Shown one piece after another: positions 14,016-24,310 of a stretch of DNA of 64,000 nt. The stretch lies in contig NC_092673.1 in the NCBI RefSeq assembly GCF_964355755.1, positions 5,828,001 to 5,892,000 of the forward strand. The letters run 5' to 3'. Position 1 is the stretch's first letter. Each line of letters opens with the position of its first letter. A model generated the notes under the pieces. That model saw only the letters and a program-made list of their open reading frames with translations, made no database searches and was not told the DNA's origin. This DNA comes from Antedon mediterranea (Eukaryota; Animalia; Echinodermata). The translations under genes and the position numbers were made by a program.

Positions 14016-14547
14016 ATGGCAGGCATTGAAACTAAACATGAAAAGTATGTGGATTTGAAAAAAAATCTCAGTAAACAGTATCAAGGAGAAAGATACCAGT
14101 GGTTGAGATTGTGCTTGTTTGATCTTTTAGATTTAGCGGATATCACACAATCAGACAACAAAGCACACGATTTACTTAATGCATTAGAATTTAAAGGTTT
14201 CATTTCTCCTACTAATGTTAAAGTTCTGCTAGAGATTGCTGAACTGTCAGAATCAGAAAAGGCTATAAATCTTGTCAGTCAGTATATTAAAGACAATGTC
14301 CAAAGTACAAATAGTGAAAAGTTGACTCCATACCGCAAACAACTTTTTAAATCATTGAGACAAATTGACCAAAAGGCATCAAATAATGTGATTTCTGGCT
14401 ATAATCTAAAAATGTTCCATTTCACAAATATTTGGGACACAGTACTTCATCTGGAAATCACTGAAGAGTTAGCAGATGAACCAGTCAAAAAGATGAAGTT
14501 TGCAAAGTATCTTGGACAACGTGCACAGAACATTCTGCTAAATAAAG
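14016..14547 (+). CDS. Gene 1 exon 1: tandem DED-like (death effector domain) pair
   Basis: Acceptor tttgcag at 13991, ATG at 14016, phase-1 donor G|gtatgt. The protein has DED-like helices (YVDLKKNLS..WLRLCLFDL..AHDLLNALEFKGFISPTNVKVLLEIAEL) and a second unit starting LTPYRKQLF, like the caspase-8/cFLIP DED2 start. Confidence 0.82.
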
Positions 14548-14643
14548 GTATGTAAAAATTGCTTTTTGGTTACTCTCGGAAGAAGGAAGACAATATTATG
14601 TTAAATTATGTTTAAAATCATGTTTCATTTTCTTTTTCAAAAG

Positions 14644-14994
14644 GTGCAAAACTTGCTATCCAAGTCAATTCTAAGACTAATCTCAGCTTGCTTAATGAAT
14701 GTGTAGAATCTGTTGAGAAACAGAATAAATTGACCCAAAGTTTATCGCCATCTGTTGAATACGTTGGATTTGGAATTAATGATCCAAAGGCATCACTGTT
14801 TTTCCGTCTGCGTACAAATAATCAAGAAGCTTTAAGAGAATTAATGATCATGCACGTGGATGACAAGCTAATACATGAATTAGCAGACATCTTAGAACCA
14901 GTCAACCAAAAGGAATTTGTGAAAAACTGGAAAACCATCATTGATGTTGAAGAATACAAAGAAGCTTTTGAAGAACTTAAAAGCACCAATAGAG
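14644..14994 (+). CDS. Gene 1 exon 2: TRADD-N-like domain (divergent), symmetric phase 1-1
   Basis: Polypyrimidine tract plus aag acceptor, and G|gtacag donor (weak). The exon is 351 nt and open. ASLFFRLRT..EALREL...KLIHELADIL...IDVEEYKEA parallels exon 3. Confidence 0.68.
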
Positions 14995-17434
14995 GTACAG
15001 TTTGATTTAAATGGAAAAACTGAATATTTTCAGTAAAAAACAATATGCAGTCTTATATATTTTTTTAATTTTTAGATTTAAGCATTACATTATTACTTTT
15101 GTTGAGATCAGAAAAACTAGAAATGAGTCTTGAGGAAGGTTTTGAAACATCATACATTTTGATGTTACACAACTGCGACAACGGCTCCATCGGATATGGT
15201 AAAAGAGAACAATAGTGAAATAAAAACAAAAATAATTAATAATTAAAAGATTTAAAACACTGGTATATAATAAAGAAACATAAAATACAGTTAAAATGTT
15301 CCATGATAATGATCTGCAATACAACATAATTTGCTTTTAAAACAGCTCACACTAAAACTGTTTCTTAAGTATCACTAATATCCAAATGTCTACTGCACTT
15401 AATTAATATTTGTAATAATTTATCTTCTTCTTATATTACTCAAAATAATATTTAAAAAAATATGATTATCCCACATGTAATACAGAAACATAGACCTACT
15501 GTACATGGTTCACTTTCAGAATAACAGAAATGTAATACTACCAGAACCATCCCATTCTCGGTACTGTATCTAGATTTCTCCAGTATCATAGGAATATTCA
15601 GGAATAGACCATATTACTAACCCATAACTTAACCTTACATAATACAGGCAACACATGTGATACAAATGAGATGCTGCATCACCAAATATTCCAAGTATTG
15701 TAGTATGTGGAGATACCACATATCGGGTACCACAACAAGTTCACTTTTCTCCAGTTATTACAATTCATATGTTAAACATATTCAAATAATGACTGCTATC
15801 CCCAAAACAATACTTTTTCAACCTTAAATTTTTAAAATTTACACTCAATTTTGTTTTCTTTTACACCCAAAACTTTACTTTAATTTTTAGGTTAGAGCGC
15901 CACTTAACAATATCATAGCTACCTTGTTAAATTTGCTTTCCATAACTTTCTGTAACACCTCCTGCTTTCCTTCTAAAAAGTCACTCCCTCAGCAAATACC
16001 ACATTCAACTTCTTCATTTCCCATTCTCCACCTATCAGAAACTTGCACATACAATTACTACTTTTGCGCTTCTTCACCAATCAGAAACCTACACTCTTTC
16101 ATTCACACTTCTCTGCATCACTAACTTTTCACATTTAAAAAGGGTGCATGTCAAGTCGGCCCTAAACTGTCTTAGCGAAAGTCAAGTCAGCCTCAAGTCA
16201 ACTTGGCCTCAAAGTCAACTCAGTCTCACGTCAACTCGGGCAAAAACTAACCGGTCAACTCTAAAGTATAGAACGCAAAAAGCGCAAACAAACGAATTGA
16301 TAAAATAATATTAAATATTTATTCACAATTTCACGTGCATGACCTTGACTAATACTTTAACAACAAAATAGCCAAAATAGCCTAATAATAAGCAATGAAT
16401 GTTTTTGTTGTTAAAGTATTAGGCCTAGACCTATTGTCATTCGTCTAAATACTTTCATTAAAAACGTCTTCCTGTGTAAAAAAAATGTGAAGAAATGTTT
16501 AATATCATTATTATTTTATCAATTCGCTTTGTTTGCAAAGTCAACACGTTCGAATGCCAATCAAGCATGCAGTCGGTCGGATAAAAAAAATAACTATAAC
16601 CACAGACAACTTATGAATAGTTTGGGCACTTTTGTAAAAGTAAAGCTCAAATAATTTGACACGATATGACTTGAATGAAATACAAAAACAATCGTTACAT
16701 ACAATAAACAACATGATGAGTGTATACACGAATCTATTTAGATACGCTAGGCCTATAAATAATTTATTATTAGGCCTATAATTTAGCATAATACAACGTT
16801 AAGATATGCCTCGCACTTTTGGAAATGATAAAATGATGCCGTGCACAAATATTTGGCGTACCTCGCATTCCTCTCTTGCCTCGCACTTTTTCAACACTCA
16901 TTGCCCTCTTTGTTTCTTTCTGTTGACGTCAGAATAGTGAAATGCTTAAACACATTATTAGGTGAGCTGATCACCTATTACGCTTGCAAGAAATCTTTTT
17001 TTTTTAAATGCCATTCTTATTTCTGGTTTATGAGATAGAGTTCAAAGGGTTTGGCATGGCAGCTATTATAATTATTAGACATATCTTTGGTTTATTTATG
17101 ATTTATGGTTAGTTTGGAAGCAAAACTTCCTTGTATGGCTATTACACTTCAACATCATGTAATAAATAATGAAAAATAAATGTTACATTAAAGAAATTTG
17201 AGGAAAATGAATTTCATGTAATAAAAAACCAAAATTCATACAATATAAATTTAAAGTTGCATTAGGTATGTTTACATGCTTTGTTCTCTATCAGAGTTAA
17301 AGTGCTTCAATTGGTTTATCTTGTTCAAAGGGTGTGATATAACGTTTCATCCTTGTGAGTAGAATTGAATGAAAATATTCATTTAGGCAGACAGATTGAC
17401 AATCATGCTTATACATTTATTTATTATTTTTTAG

Positions 17435-17830
17435 GTGTGCAATTAACAATAACTCTTGAGAAAAGAAAATCTTCATCACTCAATGACATTGAGCAACCAT
17501 ACGCACTGAATCTTATCTTCAGATTAATGGAAAAACAGAAAAAGTGGAGTTACACAGAAATCCTCGAAATTTATGAAACAATTGAAGGTCTTGCTGCATA
17601 TTTTGAAACACAGCATTTGCAATTTCAGAATGTTGAAACTGGAAGTATAGTGTTGCAAGTAGTGTCACATGATACCAAAGCACTGGAGAAGCTATGGAAA
17701 AAGTATTCCAAACAAGTTTTGCATAAAGATTTAGCACAAAGATTAGTAAAAGATAAAAAGCAACAACTGATTGACATTAAAATCCATGAACAGGATTACC
17801 AAAATGCACTTAAAATATTAGAAGAATTTG
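17435..17830 (+). CDS. Gene 1 exon 3: TRADD-N-like domain, symmetric phase 1-1
   Basis: ttttttag acceptor, G|gtaaga donor, 396 nt and open. Motif VETGSIVLQV.S....ALEKLW..Y....L...L...L......I.I.EQDY. Confidence 0.78.
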
Positions 17831-20030
17831 GTAAGAAATTACTATTTAACATTGTTTATAAGGGAATATTGATGGGTCTTACATAAATATAAATATATCT
17901 ACAAAATCATCTGAATCTCCAAACAATAAATATATATAACACTTGTATAAATGTTCATTTGAATTGCAAAAGAAAGATGAAATATAAGTTTTTATCTGTT
18001 GGTTGATTTGGGAGTGACCTAAGTTTGTTCCTATTTCATACTGTTACACAACTGAATTTAAAATGATCTTAAAACTAAGATCTAAGAACTAAGTAAACCG
18101 CGCAACTTGTCCCATTTGCACAGTGTGCAGAATTCGCGAGCGGTGTGGTTGAAAGTAGGTGCTTGTAGGCCTCAAGTCTAATGCATGTTACAGGCACTGC
18201 TGACCTGAACTAGACGTATAACTGACTGTCAGTGGCCTAAGAGCAATAGCCTACACAGGCCTAGGTCATTTATGTATCTGTTCTTTACACTTTCCTTATA
18301 CAAAATATCAGTCAAGTCATACGTTTGTTTATTTTTGAATAACAATTTATTTCCAAAAAAGTTCCGAAGCAGACTACGCCTACTACGACACTCATATTTA
18401 TTGACATGTTGAACTCGATGGGCGCACGCTTTGACAACACAGTTATTGATAGATGACGTCACATCAATCAGGTCGTTGATTGACCAAAATAAAGAATTAC
18501 CATGCTGTATTTTGGCAAAATATAATCCATTTCTATCCTGAGCAGATTTCCGCAAATGAAACGGTTGAAACAGTCGCCAAAAAAGGTCTGGCTAGGCCAA
18601 CTGGTCCGGCCTTTAAAATTGCTTATTTATTCTTGAAAATGTCGTAAGAATTAAACATGGAAAAAGTCTAAATGGTTGAAATAAACTATTTAAAGAAATT
18701 ATAGAAATGGACAGAATTAAAATGTGCAAGAAACATTAATAAATTGGGGTTCAGTTTGGAATCTTCCATTATTCTAGTTAAACCCTAAGATAAAGTAATT
18801 GGGAAAATTAGGAGGGTGTTAAAAAGGCGAAAAAAACTTAACTTAAAACAATAATAGTATTTTATATTTATTATTAATTAATAACTATTGAATATGCCCA
18901 AGACAAAAATTAACTTAGAGGGCGCTATTAGTTTTAAACAAACAATTGAGAGTTTCTTCACATTTAGTTGGTGTTTCAATAATTTTTTTTCGTTTGTACG
19001 GTAATATTTAATATAATACATAGTTACCAACTGTCTCGCATTGTGCAGGATGGTCCTGCATTTCATAGTGATTTTTAACGAAACACGCATTTTGAACAAT
19101 TAACACATGCGTTTAGCAGAAGCATAAGTGTGCTCAATGTAAAATCATACAGTGGACTGCCACGACACAGTGACATGCGATGTTGTGTGCACACGTTAAT
19201 ACAGTAAAAGGGAAACCCGGGCTGCGCTAAATTTCATTGCCTAGTCTTTGGGCGGTGGATCAATTCAATTTGACCTTCCAAAAAAACAAATTTAAATAAA
19301 ATTAAAAAATCAGCATGAAAATAACGTTGAATGATAATAACAGATTAACAAGAGATAATATTTACTGTTTACCGTACCAGAAGTACCTTATTATCGGGGA
19401 CTTCACCCAACGACCGCTTTGCTGATCCCTAGTGTGCTGTGAGTGTCATTTCCGGCCAACTAGAGGTGCCATTTATCATGACTTTTACGTGTGAGAGTGT
19501 TCAAATATTTTGTGTCCAAACAAAAATGTTGTAGGCTGTCACGCATTTCAAATCTCTATCTATGTAATATTTACTTTAAGCACAGTTTACTTCAACCATT
19601 TTGGACATTTTAAAGAATATATAAGCGATTTTAAAGGCCGGACGAGTTTTAACCTAACTGGACCTGTTTTCAGTTTTGGCCAGAATGATTTTGTTGTGAC
19701 ATATACTTACACTACAGAAATGCAATTTTTAGGTTTTAAAGAAGGGCCCCAAAGTAATGAATCCAGGAATGATATGCCCACAAACTTGACAATTATTGGG
19801 ATAAAACACTGTATTTTTGTTTAAATCTGTTTTAATATGCTTGTATTGTTTCACAAATTTCCAACAACTTCTTTAAAAATGTAATAAATCTATCTGAAAA
19901 AAATTTATATGTTGAATCACGAAGTAATATTTATATTATTGCCTAAAAAATATAGTGGGTATTACCTGACGATTCAGATCCCTCAATTATAAACACATTA
20001 TTAACAGGTATTTGCTTTTTACCTCTTCAG

Positions 20031-20071
20031 ACGAAACTAGACAAGCCACAACAAGCCCTACAAACAGAAAG
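20031..20071 (+). CDS. Gene 1 exon 4: 41-nt Ser/Thr linker (phase 1 to 0)
   Basis: ctcttcag acceptor, AAG|gtaaat donor. Encodes (D)ETRQATTSPTNRK and is homologous to the linker exon at 53241. Confidence 0.75.
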
Positions 20072-20411
20072 GTAAATATAATATTTTCATTTAATAGTTT
20101 CATTTTAACTAGAAAACTGCTTTTATGTTTAAAAAACAGCTGTTATTTAGTATCATGAGGGGAAAATCTAGGAGACCATAGGGTTTTATTATCGACATCT
20201 CTACCAAATTAATAAACTAGGCAAGTTGGATCACAATATATTTTGCAATTAGACTCATTTTAACTGTCAAATAAAGTTACTTTATTTTAATTTAATCTAC
20301 ATTGTTCATATTATTATTATTATTATTTCCATCTAACATTTTTATAATTAATATTTAATCTGAAAAAAAAAAAATCTGACAGAAAAGTTATTACAATTAC
20401 AAATTTTACAG

Positions 20412-22580
20412 ATGTCTGCTAAAACAGAACGGAAGGTTTTTGATCAAACAGATCTGAAATGTTCAATCTGTCAAGAAAGACTCACAGATCCAAAGACACT
20501 TGAATGCGATCATACTTACTGTCTTAACTGCCTGCAAAAATTGATGAAAGTAAATGGCAAGATACAATGTCAAGAATGCCGCCAGACATACAATTTAAGA
20601 ACTGATGATTTGAAACATCTGAAGTGCAATGAAACAATACGTTATCTAATTGATTGTGTTGAGAAGATTGAATCTGAAAAACCTGAAATCTGTTCGAGTT
20701 GTAATGATCAACCACAATACCATTGTTCTGAGTGTAAAATGTATTTGTGTGGGCAATGCATCCAACAGCATGAAATGTTTCCTGCACTGAAGAATCACTC
20801 ACTATACACACTAGACACAAATGTAGAAGAACAAAGTAAAGATTTGCTAAACTGTCCACATCACCCTGAGCAAAAACTGAAGTATTATTGCCCTACATGT
20901 AAACTTACTGCATGTGAAAATTGCAAACATATTGTTCATTGTTACACAAATAAACATGATGTCATCCCAATCAAGACAGCTTTGAATGATGTTAATCAAA
21001 CTGTTACTGAAACTATGAAGATAGCTGAAGGCATTAAAGAAAGACTAAAAGAAAGATTAGATGTTATCACTAATGACAAATCAGAGTTTGAATCTAATTT
21101 GAAATTAAACAGAAGAGCGATTGAAAATCATAGGAAATCCATAATCAGAAAGGTACAAAATGAATCAAAAGTAATGATGGCCAATCTTACACAGATTTAT
21201 GAACAACAAACTGAAGTCATTGATAGTCAAGTTAAAAATATTGAATCAAAATTGACACAAGTAAACAAAATGTTGGACTCAATCAATAAAATGATGAACA
21301 AACCAAAAGAAACAGAAAATCTTGCTTCATACCAAACAACTATCACTGCTGTTGGGAAAGAGTCTTTGGCTGATGAATTGGAGACATCATTTACTAGGAC
21401 AATTATCACACCAAAGTTTGTTCCATCTCCAGACCTGGATAAGTTAATGAATCATGAAGGTGTTGGTAAACTCATCACTGTTAGTGGTGTACACAAGGTT
21501 AATAAAGAAGATGAGAACATTTCAATTGAAAAAGGACAGTTATTTAGTGTGAGAGTATCAAGTTTAGCAGAGAGTGATGTTGGTAAATTAACAGTCACAC
21601 TAAGCAATTCATCAGGTGAGGAATCCGCCACTGAAATAGAACACAGAAATGGAGAGTACACAATATCAGGTAGATGCAATATGGAAGGTGATTGGCAGAT
21701 GGATATCATTGATGGAACTATGTTACATGTCATAGGTTCACCAGTGAGTATCAAGGTGGAACCTATTGGACTTGTAACTAGCATAGAAAACATACCGGAC
21801 TACAAAGAACATGATAAAGAAAACAATGTGACAGATGTAGTATTGGATACTGATGGATGTATGCTAGTGTCAAGCTACAGTAAAGATTTAATAAAGTTTG
21901 ATCAATCAGGTAGTTTTGTTTCTAGAATAGAAATACCACAAAATGTAAAGGTCAATTGCATGCATCAAATAGGCAATAAATTTATGGTCTTTAGTGACAT
22001 AAATGAAAAATGTTCTGTAATGTGTGATAACCTATTTTGTAAAATAAGAACCTTTGGGAAAGGAGTAATAAAAGAACCAGAAGGATTGACAGTAAACCAA
22101 ATGACCAGGATCTTATATGTAGCAGATCGTGAATGTCACTGTGTGTTTAAATTCAATATTGATGATGGTAGTCTACTGGGTAAGATAGGTTCTGAAGGTA
22201 GTGAACCAGGTCAAATGAAAGAACCAAGAGATGTTTCTTTAACAAAGGAAGGTTATTTGATTATTGCTGATTATCACAATAATAGAATACAAATGTTTGA
22301 TGGCAATGGCAAGCTAATAAAGATCCTTGTAACCTATGGTAAAGAAGATGGTAAAGTCTGGGGTCCTCAAGGTGTAACCATAGATATGTATTGGAATATA
22401 ATAGTATCCAGTTATAAAAAACTACAACTATTTGATAAAAATGGTAAATTCCTTAAACGAATAAATAAAAAAGATGATGGGTTGGATGTTGTATTAGGGA
22501 TTGCTGTAATCTCTAAAAACCCACGAAGACTAGCAGTAGTGAACAATTTATCAAATAATGTCAAAATATTTAATTATTAA
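20412..22580 (+). CDS. Gene 1 last exon: TRIM-NHL module (RING, 2 B-boxes, coiled coil, filamin-like, NHL repeats), E3 ubiquitin ligase-like
   Basis: 722-aa ORF with a C3HC4 RING (CSIC..ECDHTYCLNC..CQEC) and B-boxes (CSSC..CSEC..LCGQC..H; CPHH..YYCPTC..ACENC). It also has a helical region, a filamin-like NGEYTI..EGDW..GSPVSIKV segment, and NHL repeats (EPRDVSLTKEGYLIIADYHNNRIQMFD). The acceptor ttttacag directly precedes the ATG. Confidence 0.96.
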   Translation: MSAKTERKVFDQTDLKCSICQERLTDPKTLECDHTYCLNCLQKLMKVNGKIQCQECRQTYNLRTDDLKHLKCNETIRYLIDCVEKIESEKPEICSSCNDQPQYHCSECKMYLCGQCIQQHEMFPALKNHSLYTLDTNVEEQSKDLLNCPHHPEQKLKYYCPTCKLTACENCKHIVHCYTNKHDVIPIKTALNDVNQTVTETMKIAEGIKERLKERLDVITNDKSEFESNLKLNRRAIENHRKSIIRKVQNESKVMMANLTQIYEQQTEVIDSQVKNIESKLTQVNKMLDSINKMMNKPKETENLASYQTTITAVGKESLADELETSFTRTIITPKFVPSPDLDKLMNHEGVGKLITVSGVHKVNKEDENISIEKGQLFSVRVSSLAESDVGKLTVTLSNSSGEESATEIEHRNGEYTISGRCNMEGDWQMDIIDGTMLHVIGSPVSIKVEPIGLVTSIENIPDYKEHDKENNVTDVVLDTDGCMLVSSYSKDLIKFDQSGSFVSRIEIPQNVKVNCMHQIGNKFMVFSDINEKCSVMCDNLFCKIRTFGKGVIKEPEGLTVNQMTRILYVADRECHCVFKFNIDDGSLLGKIGSEGSEPGQMKEPRDVSLTKEGYLIIADYHNNRIQMFDGNGKLIKILVTYGKEDGKVWGPQGVTIDMYWNIIVSSYKKLQLFDKNGKFLKRINKKDDGLDVVLGIAVISKNPRRLAVVNNLSNNVKIFNY

Positions 22581-22868
22581 ATACCTATAAAATGTGAAAA
22601 CAAATCTATCTGTTCGGAGTGCAACGGTGCCTAGGCGTCACTGCCGAATATGGGGTAACGGTAATAACATCACAGTGCAATTTTGACTGGGGTAACTCAA
22701 CCATGAAATTTGACCTTGATGTGTAAATTGTTGTCGTTCAAACAGTTCGTTTGATTTAGCCCAATTTAGGTTGTATGTGTAATTGAGTTTACGTTCGCAC
22801 ACAAGCTATTAATGCATCCAAATAATTTAGTTGACAAAATTAAGCAATTATAAATGAAATCTTGATCT

Positions 22869-23132
22869 TTAAAGATGTATTGTCCCCAAAAACATAATAA
22901 GGTTAATCATTTCCGTAGAAAAAAAATAATGTTTTCACTTATACAATAACAAAATAAATTGGTTTAAATTCAACCAAAAACTCTTGCTTTGAATTACAGT
23001 TTTTTTCAGGTAAATACATTTACATTTTTTTTTCCATCCAATTTTTGGTCAAAGAGGATAAATATTATGTTACATTAAAATGGCATACTTAACAAAAATG
23101 TTGTTCAGAACTGTTTTTTCAGGGGGACAATA
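22869..23132. mobile_element. Kolobok-like TTAA MITE, family B (damaged right end)
   Basis: ttaaAGATGTATTGTCCCC ... GGGGGACAATA. Internal similarity to 37827-38177 and 56216-57044. Confidence 0.65.
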
Positions 23133-23687
23133 GACACATTTGATATCTTTCTATCTATTCTGTATTATTTTTAAAATTTCTATTTTAAGGCACCGATTTG
23201 CAAACATTTTATTTCACTGCCTAAAATCCGATTCCCAAGACTAAACCGCAGCCCAAACTACCTGGACCAACGTAATAAAGCAAATATAAAATAGTCTGCC
23301 ACATCAAACCCACCATTGTTGGGGCTGTGGGAAGAACATTTTTTGATATATAGACCTTTAGGTCCCTGGAAATTGCATTGTGATGATCCACCAAATTCAG
23401 CGCAGTCCAGGTTTCCCCTTTGATGCATATCACCATGTCGCGTCACAGTTAAGATTTTTCATTACATCGCCATCAAAACTTTAGCCGCTGTTTGATATGT
23501 TTATGATACTTTTCTGCAAGACCAAACCACATAACCCATGTAGAAATCGTATGCGCAGTCTGATTGGCGTAACATTTTGATTTCTGTTGAGCATGCGTAC
23601 AATTTAGGGACTAGTGCTATTCTGCTGTACCACGTCAAGAGTGTAAAGAGTCTCTATCCAATTGGGTTTGAACAACACCATAAAAAC

Positions 23688-23755
23688 CCCAGTGGTCTAA
23701 TGGTTAGGACATCTGCATGTCAAGCAGAAGGTTTCCGGGTTCGAATCTTGGCTCA
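23688..23755 (+). other. Degenerate tRNA-like / tRNA-derived SINE head
   Basis: A-box-like gtggtctaatgg, anticodon arm tctgc-atgtcaa-gcaga, B-box ggttcgaatc. The acceptor stem does not pair convincingly. Confidence 0.5.
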
Positions 23756-24310
23756 TTCTCACAGATTTCCTTATTTTTTAAATTAATTAATAATTTTTCA
23801 ATATGTATATCACCGGGCAGCTAAGAATTTGTTCATGTGCCTGTGGTGTTTATTATATATATATATATATAAATGTTCAATCCCAATCCAGTTAAGAATA
23901 AATCAAGTGCTAGATAAATTGTGGCAACTGACTTACCTCAAAGATTATTACACTGCATCTCAGATTCTATCAATACTGCATACCTTTGGATAAATATACA
24001 AAGTTTTTTCATTCATGTCAGCTACATGTGAGATTCTATTATTCCAGTGACTACTGACAGTATTGGTTGGAAGCTTTCCATAATAACTGTTGGTAAAAAT
24101 ATTTAGTTATTAAATTTTATAAAGTATCCAATATATAAAATCTAGGCAAATTATAAGAACAACAATCCCTGACCTGGACTATACAAGTGTACACAATATG
24201 TTGAAATAAATTCATTTTTAAATTACATATATTATGTAATTGTTGTATTTTATATAATATTTGTCTACATTGTCAATGTTATTCTTTTAAATACCATGAT
24301 ATTAAATTAA

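Noticed and set aside
10460-16260. Short degenerate 15-22-bp repeat clusters (~10465-10600, ~13435-13555, ~16150-16260)
   Set aside because: They look like orphan subterminal repeats of DNA transposons. I found no partner ends or TSDs to define an element.
20524-21793. Antisense ORFs over the TRIM exons and LINEs (e.g. 20524, 21452, 50364, 53554)
   Set aside because: These are shadow ORFs of real coding sequence on the opposite strand.
20412-22580. Assigning a TRIM71/lin-41, TRIM2/3 or TRIM56 gene symbol
   Set aside because: The domain order matches TRIM-NHL, but the sequence is divergent, intronless and tandemly expanded. Orthology cannot be shown without a phylogeny.
23688-23755. Functional tRNA-Asp(GTC) gene
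   Set aside because: The acceptor stem does not pair and the anticodon loop is atypical. It is better treated as a SINE or pseudo-tRNA.
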